A stretch of DNA of 64,000 bases from Acidobacteriota bacterium (lineage in GTDB: Bacteria; Acidobacteriota; CAIWXX01): contig JBFMAF010000031.1 of the NCBI GenBank assembly GCA_040755995.1, positions 32,001-96,000 of the forward strand, in the 5' to 3' direction. Both the position numbers and the translations under genes were made by a program. Shown piece by piece: positions 36,811 through 46,304 of the stretch. How positions within the stretch are numbered: the stretch's first letter is position 1; each line of letters starts with the position of its first letter. The notes beneath the pieces are model-generated. The model saw only the letters and a program-made list of their open reading frames with translations. It had not been told where the DNA came from and searched no databases.

Positions 36811-37890
36811 CTAGCCAAGCTCTCTCGAGAGGAATGTGTTGAAGGCGGCGGCGTTCTTCGCGAGATCGTATCGGGCCTCGATCTTCTTGCGCGCCCGCAA
36901 TCCCATGGCAAGCCGCGATTCGTCGTTGTCGAGCAGCGAGCGCAGCTTCTCGACCCACTCGTCGCTCGTTGCGGCCAGGAATCCGTCAATGCCGTCGTCC
37001 ACCAAGTGCTTGTTCTCCCCGATTGAGGAAACGACCACGGGGATACCGCAGGCCATGGATTCAATCGCCTTGAACGCGCACTTGGCCCGATGCCTCGGAG
37101 TGTCCGTCAATGGCATCAGCCCGATGTCGAAGCGATGAAGCGTTGCCACGACATCCACCGAGTCGGACCAGTTCAATCTCGGGATGACCTCCATGCGCAC
37201 ACCGGCGAAGGAGCGGAGAAGCTCGAGCAGCGCCGGATCATCGAGTGACCCGACGAAGAGGAAAAGGAAGTCGGCGCGCTTCGCCAACTCGATCAACGGC
37301 TCCCTGATCAGCCTTATGTTCTCGAGATGCTCAGGGCCCGTGCCCATCCATCCTATCGTCAGCGGCTGCGCACGCAGCCGCGAGCGCAAGGGGTACTTCT
37401 CCAGCGGTACGCTCGTGGGGAGTAGAAAGACCCTCCGAGCGCCGGTCTCGACAGCAAAGCGATCCAGTTCGTGCGACCCCACCACGACGAGCTCGGCGGC
37501 ACACAACATCCGCGTCGTCAGGCGCGCCTGCCCCTCGAACACCGCGTCGTCGATGTCGAAGACGAGCTTGCGGCGGTAGCGCCGTGCGAGGAGCGCAGCG
37601 GCAAACGTCCGGCTGTAAACCGAGCGCTGAGCGAAAATCAGATCGCCGGCCGGAATCGAGGCAAGCGCGCGAACGTTTCGCACCGTCTCCCTGAGACGCA
37701 CCGAGAGCAGCTCGAATGTCGACAGAGGCCGGCCGGTGTTCTGCGTAAGGTAGCGGCGAAGCATTCGCGGTGGATCGTAGATGGTGGCTGGGCGACCGAG
37801 ACCGATCAGCGCGTCGGCGAGGTAGAACACTCGATACCTGGAACTGGCCAACCACCGGCCGCCCTTGGGGAAGAAGTGGACCCGCTTCAT
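36811..37890 (-). CDS. GT4 glycosyltransferase
   Basis: ASSRYR, FDIDDA, IGWMG, KCAFKAIESMACGIPVV. Confidence 0.92.
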   Translation of the reverse strand: MKRVHFFPKGGRWLASSRYRVFYLADALIGLGRPATIYDPPRMLRRYLTQNTGRPLSTFELLSVRLRETVRNVRALASIPAGDLIFAQRSVYSRTFAAALLARRYRRKLVFDIDDAVFEGQARLTTRMLCAAELVVVGSHELDRFAVETGARRVFLLPTSVPLEKYPLRSRLRAQPLTIGWMGTGPEHLENIRLIREPLIELAKRADFLFLFVGSLDDPALLELLRSFAGVRMEVIPRLNWSDSVDVVATLHRFDIGLMPLTDTPRHRAKCAFKAIESMACGIPVVVSSIGENKHLVDDGIDGFLAATSDEWVEKLRSLLDNDESRLAMGLRARKKIEARYDLAKNAAAFNTFLSRELG

Positions 37891-38163
37891 GTTCTGTTGG
37901 CTCGCCAGACCCCGGATGCCATCGGCTGCTTCGGCGACAACAGTATATCTCGGATGGCCAGGGGCCCGCGCGACTCCTGCGTAGGTGCTCCGGCCCCCGC
38001 CGGCAGCAGGCTACCGCTCGCGCCCCAGGCGCATCCAAGCCTTGCACGCGGCGACAGCCACGCCCACGCCAGCGTCGACCGCCACGACGACGGCGAGGTC
38101 GACGGACACGGAACGGGGGTCAATAGGATGGCCCCGCGGCCGCCTCATTGGGCCGCATCCGGG

Positions 38164-39147
38164 CTAAGTGCCCTCGGCAATGATCCGGTCGTAGATCCAG
38201 GCGTATGTCTTCTCGAGGCCGGTGCGCAGCGGTGTCGACGGCTCCCAACCCAGATGCTGCCTGATCCTCGTGTTGTCGCTGTTCCGGCCGTTGACACCCT
38301 TTGGCGCAGCCGGGTTGTACTTGCGCCGCACCTTGATGCCGGCGATGCTCTCGACTATGTCGACAAGCTGGTTGATTGTGACCAGCTCGCTGCTGCCTAC
38401 ATTCAACGGCTCGATGCTGTCGCTCTCCATGATCGCCTGCGTCGCCTTGAGGCAGTCGTCGATGTAGGTGAAGCTGCGGGTGCGCGTGCCGTCGCCCCAG
38501 ACCTCGATTTCGTGGTTGCCCGAGAGCTTCGCCTGGATGACCTTGCGGCAGATGGCAGCCGGTGCCTTCTCGCGGCCTCCGTCGTACTCCCCGTGCGATC
38601 CATACACGTTGTGGTATCTGACGACCCGTGTCGCGAGCCCGAAGTCCTCCCGGAAATGGCGGCACATGCGCTCGCTGAACAGCTTCTCCCACCCGTAGCC
38701 GTCCTCGGGCATCGCCGGGTAAGCGTCGTCCTCCTTCAACGGGATCACGTCGGGCGACATCTGCTTGTCCATGTTGTAAACACAAGCCGAGGACGAGTAG
38801 AAGAAGCGCTCGACACCGAGATCCCGCGCAGCCATTAGTAGGTGCGTGTTGATGAGGACATTCAGCATGCAGAGCGCCTTGTTGGTCTCGATGAAGCCCA
38901 TGCCGCCCATGTCCGCGGCAAGGTTGTAGACCTGAGACGCGCCCTGCAGCGCCTCGTAGCAGGCCGGCTTGCCCTGGAGGTCCAGGACCAGGTTGTCCAC
39001 GTCGCGAAAACGCTGATGCCATTGGGTGAGCGGTTTGATGTCCACCGATCGCAGACGAGTGCACCCCTGCCGGCGCAAATCGGCGATGAGGTGCCCGCCG
39101 ATGAATCCGCCGCCTCCGCAGACTACGATCCTATCGTCCCTGTTCAT
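38164..39147 (-). CDS. NAD-dependent epimerase, GDP-mannose 3,5-epimerase-like
   Basis: GGGGFIG, LAADMGGMGFI, SSACVY, YGWEK, GGREKAPAA.CRK. Confidence 0.92.
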   Translation of the reverse strand: MNRDDRIVVCGGGGFIGGHLIADLRRQGCTRLRSVDIKPLTQWHQRFRDVDNLVLDLQGKPACYEALQGASQVYNLAADMGGMGFIETNKALCMLNVLINTHLLMAARDLGVERFFYSSSACVYNMDKQMSPDVIPLKEDDAYPAMPEDGYGWEKLFSERMCRHFREDFGLATRVVRYHNVYGSHGEYDGGREKAPAAICRKVIQAKLSGNHEIEVWGDGTRTRSFTYIDDCLKATQAIMESDSIEPLNVGSSELVTINQLVDIVESIAGIKVRRKYNPAAPKGVNGRNSDNTRIRQHLGWEPSTPLRTGLEKTYAWIYDRIIAEGT

Positions 39148-39469
39148 GCTTCACTCTCCGTGTCTACGCAAACATCGCATGCACATGTTATGCGTCCGCG
39201 AGCGCGAGATCAACACGCACTCGCACGCCGGGCCCGTAACGGGCCTGGGGGCGAGGGCCCTGGCCCACCAACGCTCCGCCGCGTCCGAGTCGCTCAGGCG
39301 CATTCACGTGCCTCCCCGATCGTGCCCAGGGACCGCGCCCGTTCGCGCTCCCGAGAAGGATGGGCCGGGAACGGGTGCGGGAAGGTGTGCAGGCACGACT
39401 CGACGGCAGCCGCCAGGGCCTCGCCATTCGTTGAGCACCCGGAGATGCGGAGATGCGCGGCGCGGCCGG

Positions 39470-39515
39470 TTGACAGGGAGCGCGATTTGTGTAAAATGAT
39501 ACTGCGTCTCATTTT
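39470..39515 (+). promoter_or_regulatory. feoB promoter with overlapping Fur-like box
   Basis: TTGACA-16-TAAAAT; palindrome AAAATGA-tactgcgtc-TCATTTT (39493-39515). Confidence 0.7.
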
Positions 39516-39686
39516 CAGCTAATATTGTCGAGGCGGAAGGGATGATGCGGATGAGTCAAGTCTTGGGCGCTGTGCGGCGTCGGCCCGCAGTGCGGGGATG
39601 GGAACGGGCCTTCCTGGGCACGCAGGAGCTGTTTGAGCTTGCAGTCTGAATCCTCTTCCCAGGCCCGATCTCACAAGGGGTGAGCG

Positions 39687-41624
39687 ATGGTTGGGTGTGA
39701 AGGATCGGCGGCGGCGCAGCCGGGCACCGGGCCCACCGGCCGCAGGAAGATCGCGCTCGTCGGCAATCCGAACGTCGGGAAGTCCGTGTTGTTCATGCGG
39801 CTGACCGGCCGGTACGTCGCAGTCAGCAACTACCCGGGCACCACGGTCGAGGTGACTCGCGGCGTAATGAAGCTCGGCAGAGACGAGTTCGAGGTGATCG
39901 ATACGCCCGGCGTGAATACGCTCGTGCCCCAGTCCGAGGACGAGCGCGTCACCCGCAATATTCTGATAGACGAGAAGCCTGATATCGTGGTCCAGGTCGC
40001 GGACGCGAAGAACGTCATGCGGACGTTACACGTGCTGTCGCAGCTCTCCGAGATCAGGCGCCCGACCGTGCTGGTTCTCAATCTCATGGACGAGGCGCGG
40101 CTGCGCGGGATCGAAATCCGGGACGATGAGATCTCGAAGCTCTTCGGCATCGACGTCGTGAAAACGGTGGCCACCGAGGGCACGGGAATCTCGCAGCTGC
40201 GCCGGGTTCTCCGCGGTGCGCGCCTTCCGGCGAGCCCGTTCGCGGCATCGTTCATCCCGCGCGAAGCACGGGCGCAACCCGACCTTCCGCTCCAGCTCCT
40301 GCTCGAATGGGCGCAGTACGAGGACCCTCACCCGCTGGCCCACAGGATGGGGCTCGACGGCACGCTCGGGGAATCGCTGGAGCGATACAAGGACATGGGG
40401 AGAATCGTATCCAGGGAGCGCGCGGCGTTTGTGGAGGGGCTCGTGGAGCGGATCAAGGACCAGTCGGCTCCCGCGCGAGTGCGCTGGACCGAGCTCCTGG
40501 GACAATGGACGCGCACCCCGCTGCTGGGAATTCCCATTCTCGCCGGCGTTCTGATAGCCACCTACTACTTCGTCGGCGTTCTCGGGGCAGGCGTCCTGGT
40601 AGACTTCTTCGAGGACACCCTGTTCGGCCGCTACTTGACGCCTGCACTTTCCTCCCTGCTCCGGACGCTCTCGGCCGGACAGTTCATCACAGATCTGGTT
40701 GTCGGCAAATATGGGCTGTTCAGCGTCGGGCTCACATACGCGTTCGCTATTGTGCTCCCGGTCGTCAGCACCTTCTTCATCGCCTTCGGCGTGTTGGAGG
40801 ACAGCGGCTATCTGCCGCGCCTTGCGATACTGTCAGACCGCATCTTCCGGTTGATGGGCTTGAACGGCAAGGCCGTCCTCCCGATGGTGCTGGGCCTAGG
40901 TTGCGACACCATGGCGACGTTGACGACGCGCATTCTCGGGACCAAGAAGGAACGTCTCACCACTACGATCCTCCTGGCACTCGGCGTTCCTTGCTCCGCC
41001 CAGCTGGGCGTCATCATGGGCCTTCTCGGCGCGCGATCGTCCGGCGCGCTGGTACTCTTCATCCTCCTGATTCTCTCCCAGATCCTGATCGTTGGCACTC
41101 TGTCAGGGCGCCTCCTCCCCGGCCGCCGCAGCGATTTCATCCTCGAGATCCCGCCGATCCGCATGGTGAAATGGGAGAACATCCTTCTGAAGACGGGCCT
41201 GCGCGTGAAGTGGTTCTTGCTGGAGGCCGTGCCGTTGTTTCTCGCCGGCACGATGATCCTCTTCGCAATGGACAGGCTGAAGCTGCTGGGCGCTCTTGTA
41301 GGCGGGCTGAGACCCGTCGTCAGCGGGCTGCTCGGTCTTCCTCCACAGACCGCCGAAGTGTTCGTCATGGGGTTCCTGAGGCGTGACTACGGGGCGGCCG
41401 GCCTGTTCACGATGTCAGAGGCGGGGATGCTCACGACCGTGCAGGTGGTAGTGAGTCTGACGGTGCTTACGCTCTTCGTCCCCTGCATCGCGAACTTCTT
41501 CATGATCGTCAAGGAGCAGGGCCTGAAGCGCGCGCTGCTCATTCTCGGATTCATCACGCCTTACGCCGTCGCCGCCGGCGCGGTGGTGAACTTCGCATTG
41601 CGGAGGCTCGGCGTCTCGCTCTAA
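39687..41624 (+). CDS. feoB: Ferrous iron transporter B
   Basis: GNPNVGKS, NYPGTT, DTPG, NLMD, EDSGYLPR, GLGC, PCSAQ, FVPCIA. Confidence 0.96.
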   Translation: MVGCEGSAAAQPGTGPTGRRKIALVGNPNVGKSVLFMRLTGRYVAVSNYPGTTVEVTRGVMKLGRDEFEVIDTPGVNTLVPQSEDERVTRNILIDEKPDIVVQVADAKNVMRTLHVLSQLSEIRRPTVLVLNLMDEARLRGIEIRDDEISKLFGIDVVKTVATEGTGISQLRRVLRGARLPASPFAASFIPREARAQPDLPLQLLLEWAQYEDPHPLAHRMGLDGTLGESLERYKDMGRIVSRERAAFVEGLVERIKDQSAPARVRWTELLGQWTRTPLLGIPILAGVLIATYYFVGVLGAGVLVDFFEDTLFGRYLTPALSSLLRTLSAGQFITDLVVGKYGLFSVGLTYAFAIVLPVVSTFFIAFGVLEDSGYLPRLAILSDRIFRLMGLNGKAVLPMVLGLGCDTMATLTTRILGTKKERLTTTILLALGVPCSAQLGVIMGLLGARSSGALVLFILLILSQILIVGTLSGRLLPGRRSDFILEIPPIRMVKWENILLKTGLRVKWFLLEAVPLFLAGTMILFAMDRLKLLGALVGGLRPVVSGLLGLPPQTAEVFVMGFLRRDYGAAGLFTMSEAGMLTTVQVVVSLTVLTLFVPCIANFFMIVKEQGLKRALLILGFITPYAVAAGAVVNFALRRLGVSL

Positions 41625-41641
41625 CTCGAAAGGGGGCGGTC

Positions 41642-42316
41642 ATGACGATGAATCGCAGGGAACTCGACGAGGTTCTGGAGTACATCTGGATGTCGCGCGA
41701 GGGCGGCGACGCCGCTCAGGAAATCGCGGAGTGCGACAAGCTGTCGACATCGGATGAGGAGCTGGCCGAGCTGGAGGCGGCGGGACTGATCCGCCGGCGC
41801 GGCCAGCAGGTCGAGTTCACCGATCGCGGGGAGGCGGAGGCCTCCGACCTGGTCCGCCGGCACCGTCTGGCGGAGCGCCTCATCGTGGACATCCTCGGGC
41901 CCGGCGGTCACGAGGTACAAGATGCGGCCTGCGAGTTCGAGCACGTCATAGCGCCGCGTCTGACCGAGTCCATCTGCACGCTGCTGGGACACCCGCGGAA
42001 GTGCCCCCACGGCCTGCCGATTCCGGAAGGCGACTGCTGCCGCGAGGCGCGCCGGCAGGTAGAATCAGTCGTCGTACCACTCACCGCTCTCCAAGTGGGC
42101 GAGGCGGCGCCGCTGGCGTACATCAGCACGCGCGACTACCCGAGGCTCCAGAAGCTGATTTCATTCGGAATCTCGCCGGGTGTGCAGATCAGGGTGCACC
42201 AGCGATTCCCGACTTACGTGATCCAGGCCGAAGAGACGCAGATCGCGCTCGAGAGCCAGGTAGCTCGCGACATCTACCTGTGGCGGGGGAGGAGCGAGCC
42301 GAAGACGGCACTCTGA
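41642..42316 (+). CDS. DtxR/MntR family regulator with C-terminal FeoA domain
   Basis: RRHRLAE, ACEFEH, LGHP..CPHG.PIP, FeoA-like LISFGISPG. Confidence 0.92.
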   Translation: MTMNRRELDEVLEYIWMSREGGDAAQEIAECDKLSTSDEELAELEAAGLIRRRGQQVEFTDRGEAEASDLVRRHRLAERLIVDILGPGGHEVQDAACEFEHVIAPRLTESICTLLGHPRKCPHGLPIPEGDCCREARRQVESVVVPLTALQVGEAAPLAYISTRDYPRLQKLISFGISPGVQIRVHQRFPTYVIQAEETQIALESQVARDIYLWRGRSEPKTAL

Positions 42317-42458
42317 TGGCGCTCGCGCGCTGTCCCTGGGGCCTTGCATTTCGCGACGGCCTCGGTTCTGCGCGGGCGCAAGCAGGCGTGAGCGCTTGAC
42401 GCGCGTCCCTTCCCTGGCCTAGTCTAGCACGGCGCTGGAGCGAGGCGCCGAGCTGGAG

Positions 42459-42911
42459 ATGCTGTCGAAGAAGGCGCGGTACGCGATGAAGGCGTTGCTC
42501 CATCTGGCCAGAATCTACCCTGGCGGGCCTGTGTTGATAGCCGACCTGGCGCAGAAGGAGAAGATCCCGAAGAAGTTTCTCGAGCTGATCCTGCTGGATC
42601 TGAAGCACAGGGGTCTTCTGCAGAGCAAGAAGGGCAAGGGCGGAGGATACTCGCTGGCGAGGTCTCCCGGAGAGATCACGTTCGGACCGATCATCCGGAT
42701 GTTCGAGGGCCCACTGGCGCTGGTGCCATGCGCGAGCGTCACTGCGTACCGCAAGTGCGACGACTGTGACGACGAGGCGAGCTGCGGGATCCGGCTGCTG
42801 ATGAAGGACGTCCGGGATGCGACCGCGGCTATCCTTGACGGGACCTCGCTCGCCGACGTCCTTGATCGAATCGAGAAGATCCGGTCAGGCGCGACCGAGA
42901 CATGGATGTAG
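42459..42911 (+). CDS. Rrf2 family transcriptional regulator
   Basis: KKARYA, KFLELIL..L, SKKGKGGGY.L, CASVTAYRKCDDC...C. Confidence 0.94.
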   Translation: MLSKKARYAMKALLHLARIYPGGPVLIADLAQKEKIPKKFLELILLDLKHRGLLQSKKGKGGGYSLARSPGEITFGPIIRMFEGPLALVPCASVTAYRKCDDCDDEASCGIRLLMKDVRDATAAILDGTSLADVLDRIEKIRSGATETWM

Positions 42912-42971
42912 TGATACTCATATTGCGCGGGCCGATTCATCGCAAAAGCATTTCATGACAAGGAGGCATTC

Positions 42972-44510
42972 ATGAGGCGTTTTCTGTTCTCCGGGATCAT
43001 CTTCTTGACGCTCTTCTTGACGGCCGGAGTCGCTCGAGCATCCGAGCAGGAGGAGCCGGCGGCGCCGGCAGCCGGCTCGACGACCTCTTCGTCCGATGAC
43101 GTCGAGGAACTCAAGGCAGAGATCGAAGCACTGAAGAAGAAGCTCCAGGAGATGCCGGACCTCGGCGAGGAAATCAAGGAGCTCGAGAAGAAGCTCGAGA
43201 GCGTCCAGAAGGTGACCGCGAAGATCGACTCGGAGGAAGCCAAGCTCAAGGAGGAGAAGAAGGAGCGGGCGATCGCATACTATCGAGACGGATTCTTCAT
43301 CGAGACGCCCGACAAGAAGTTCCGGCTGCAGATCACCGGAGTGCTGCATTTCGACACGCGTATCTTCAGCGGCGACGAACAGGGCTCTCCCACCTCTTTC
43401 GACATCCGCCGGGGCCGTTACGATTTCCGTGGCAACCTGTACCGTGGCGACATCGAGCACCAGTTCCGGCTGCAGATCGAGATGGCGGACACCCCGTACC
43501 TGCGAAACGCGTACTGGATGTTCAAGTTCCGCCCGGAGCTCAATCTGCAGCTCGGGCAGTTCAAGACGCCCGCAGGCGGAGCCGACTGGCTGACAGAAGA
43601 GGCTCAGGTGAACTTCATCGAGTATTCGATCCTTCCTCCGGTGACACCGTTCTTCGACCGTGGATTCAATCTTCACAGCTTCTTCGCCGGCGGAAAGATC
43701 CAGACGTGCCTTGCCATCGTCACGGGCGTCGGCACCGACTTCGATGCGCCGCAGGGCGACTACGACAACCACAAGGACTATGCCGCCCGAGTCCTTCTGG
43801 TTCCTTTCAAGGGCAAGAAGGACCACCCGTTGGAGGGGTTGCACGCGGCAGGCAGTTTTCAGCAGGGATTGGCTAGCGTGGCGGCCAAGCAGGGTGGGGA
43901 GACCGGTATGAGAACCGAGAACTACGAGTCGAAGTGGTACGAGTGGAAGTCCACTGCCCTCGACATAGAGAAACGCACGCGGTACGGCTGGGACCTTCAC
44001 TACATTCGCGGCCCATTCATTGTGAGCTATGAGTGGGACCGGATAGAGTGGAAGAACGTGACATCGTACACGAGCGGAATCGGAAACCTGCGCGGCGCTG
44101 CTCACTCCGACGCAGGTCAGATCTGGGTCAGCTATTTCCCGACGGGCGAGCAGAAGACCTTCGAGGACGTCTTCTTCGCCTGGCGGCAGCCCAAGCCAAA
44201 GAAGAACCTCAGCATCAAGGAAAAGACCTGGGGCGGATGGGAGCTAATGGGGAAATACGCCTGGAAGAACACCTCGAAGGAGCTGTTCGATCTGGGGATT
44301 CTCGACGGCAGCAGAAAAGGGTACACCGTCACGGGCGGCGTTCGCTGGCTGTGGGATCCCAAGGTGAGAATCATGGCCGACATCAACTATTGTAAGAGCA
44401 CGGAGGGAAAGGGCATCATCGTGCAATACGCGGACAAAGGGTCAGCTTCGCAGAAGCGCTACGTGGAGCACGAGACTGCCCTGTTGGTGCGTTTCATTCT
44501 CACCATTTAG
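42972..44510 (+). CDS. OprO/OprP-like outer membrane porin
   Basis: Signal peptide, coiled coil, DGFFIET, IRRGR, GQFKTP, beta-barrel C-terminus. Confidence 0.82.
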   Translation: MRRFLFSGIIFLTLFLTAGVARASEQEEPAAPAAGSTTSSSDDVEELKAEIEALKKKLQEMPDLGEEIKELEKKLESVQKVTAKIDSEEAKLKEEKKERAIAYYRDGFFIETPDKKFRLQITGVLHFDTRIFSGDEQGSPTSFDIRRGRYDFRGNLYRGDIEHQFRLQIEMADTPYLRNAYWMFKFRPELNLQLGQFKTPAGGADWLTEEAQVNFIEYSILPPVTPFFDRGFNLHSFFAGGKIQTCLAIVTGVGTDFDAPQGDYDNHKDYAARVLLVPFKGKKDHPLEGLHAAGSFQQGLASVAAKQGGETGMRTENYESKWYEWKSTALDIEKRTRYGWDLHYIRGPFIVSYEWDRIEWKNVTSYTSGIGNLRGAAHSDAGQIWVSYFPTGEQKTFEDVFFAWRQPKPKKNLSIKEKTWGGWELMGKYAWKNTSKELFDLGILDGSRKGYTVTGGVRWLWDPKVRIMADINYCKSTEGKGIIVQYADKGSASQKRYVEHETALLVRFILTI

Positions 44511-44658
44511 CGAGGCGCAGCCCGGAAAGCGACTGCGGGCACGACGGTTCACGACTCCGCGGATCGATATCATCGTGCCCGCGTTGCACGTCTGCCTGTG
44601 ATCGGCGCCAATGCCCAGACCAAGACGTGGTACGATAGTCCCGCAAGGAGGCGTGCCA

Positions 44659-45255
44659 ATGTACAGTCGTCACAGTGAACTCGTGGGAATCGTGGTGGTT
44701 ACCGCTATGTTCGCGCTGGTTGTTCCTGCCGTGGCCCAGGAGGCGAATGCACCGGAGGGTCCGACGCGGAAGGCGCCGCTGCGGTTCACGGCTATTGCCG
44801 TGAGCATGCCGCAAGGTGTGGAGGGGCAGGTGCAGATTGTCGTCGAACGGTGGACAACCGATGACGAACGGCAGGCGCTCGTTACGGCGCTTGCGCAAGG
44901 GGGCCAGGACAAGCTGCTCAGCTCGCTTCAGAGCATCAAGGAACGAACCGGGTTCATCAGGACGCCGAACAGCATCGGTTATGACCTGCGCTACTGCCGG
45001 GAGAACATGCTCGCGGACGGGACGCGCCAGATCGTCATCGCGACGGACAAGCCAGTGAGCTTCCTGGCGGCGGCCAGCCAGGCGAGAACGATGGACTACC
45101 CATTCACCATCGTCGAGCTGCGATTCGACAAGGACGACAAGGGTGAAGGCAAGATGCTCGTGGGCACCAGGATCGCAGTGGCGAACGGGAGGCTCGAGCT
45201 CGAGAACTACGGGCAGCAACCGGTGCGGCTCTCGAATGTCAGGGAGTCCAAGTAG
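44659..45255 (+). CDS. Secreted hypothetical protein
   Basis: AGGAGG RBS, signal peptide AVA-QE, ERWTTD.ER, DYPF..ELR. Confidence 0.75.
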   Translation: MYSRHSELVGIVVVTAMFALVVPAVAQEANAPEGPTRKAPLRFTAIAVSMPQGVEGQVQIVVERWTTDDERQALVTALAQGGQDKLLSSLQSIKERTGFIRTPNSIGYDLRYCRENMLADGTRQIVIATDKPVSFLAAASQARTMDYPFTIVELRFDKDDKGEGKMLVGTRIAVANGRLELENYGQQPVRLSNVRESK

Positions 45256-45359
45256 AGGTTTGGGGTCGGGCCGAGGGGCACGCGCCATTTTTCGTCCCAA
45301 CTTTCCCTCTCCGACTGCGAACCGGTAGGATGGTACGCGGGCCGCGGGCGGGGTGACCC

Positions 45360-46304
45360 ATGGAAACGTCTCAACCGGACGCCACGTCATCCGATCAGTG
45401 CGGATCGTCTCCGGCCACACAAGTGGAAAAGGACAGTAGGGCCACCGGGGTCGCCCTGGTGCTCTCCGCGGGTTTCTTCGGATTCTTTGCGCATGCGGGC
45501 TTTCTGATCGCTCTCGATGAGCTGCGCATCGGCTACCGGGCGATCGCCGGATCTAGCGCCGGTGCGCTGGTCGCTGCGTTCGCGGCTGCCGGAATGCAAC
45601 CGCGCGACATCGCCCGGCTGCTGGTGAGCCTGAAGAAGGAGGACTTCTGGGATCCGCCCGGCATCTTCGGCATCGCGCGAGCTGTGCTCAGGCGCGGACG
45701 CGGTTGGAGCGGGTACCTGGCAGGCGATAGGTTCGAGGAACTTGTCGAGCGCCACCTGCCGGTGAAGACATTCGAGCAGTGCGCCAGGAAACTCTACATC
45801 ACGGCACTCAACCTGACCGAAGGCGGAGACGAGACGTTTTTCGAAGGCCCGATTGCTGAGAAGGTGCGGGCATCCTGCAGCTATCCGTTCCTGTTCTCGA
45901 CCAAGCGAATCGGTCGCAGCCAGTACTGGGACGGCGGGGTGACGGCGAAGGTGCCGATGGAGGTGATGGTGGAACGGGAGAGGCCGCAGCTCACGATCGT
46001 ACACTATCTCGAGTCCGCGTCTTCCGAGGAGCCGGGCGAAATCATGGATCGGCCGCTGGCGCCCCTGAAACTGGTGGACCGTGCGATGAGCATAGCTCGC
46101 CGGGAGATCGAGCAGAGCCGCAGGAATGCACATGACAGGCTGTGCCAAGGCTCCATCCGCTACATCACCCCCGAGCTGCCGCGATCGGGCCCGGACCGGC
46201 TTCACCTCGGAGCCGAGATAATCGAGAGGTCGCGCGAGCAGGCCGTGCGCGCGCTGAGCGATTGCGGCAGGCCGGGTGCCGCTTGCCCGGCCTCACCAGG
46301 CTAG
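45360..46304 (+). CDS. Patatin-like phospholipase
   Basis: SAGFFGFFAHAG, GSSAG, DGG. Confidence 0.9.
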   Translation: METSQPDATSSDQCGSSPATQVEKDSRATGVALVLSAGFFGFFAHAGFLIALDELRIGYRAIAGSSAGALVAAFAAAGMQPRDIARLLVSLKKEDFWDPPGIFGIARAVLRRGRGWSGYLAGDRFEELVERHLPVKTFEQCARKLYITALNLTEGGDETFFEGPIAEKVRASCSYPFLFSTKRIGRSQYWDGGVTAKVPMEVMVERERPQLTIVHYLESASSEEPGEIMDRPLAPLKLVDRAMSIARREIEQSRRNAHDRLCQGSIRYITPELPRSGPDRLHLGAEIIERSREQAVRALSDCGRPGAACPASPG

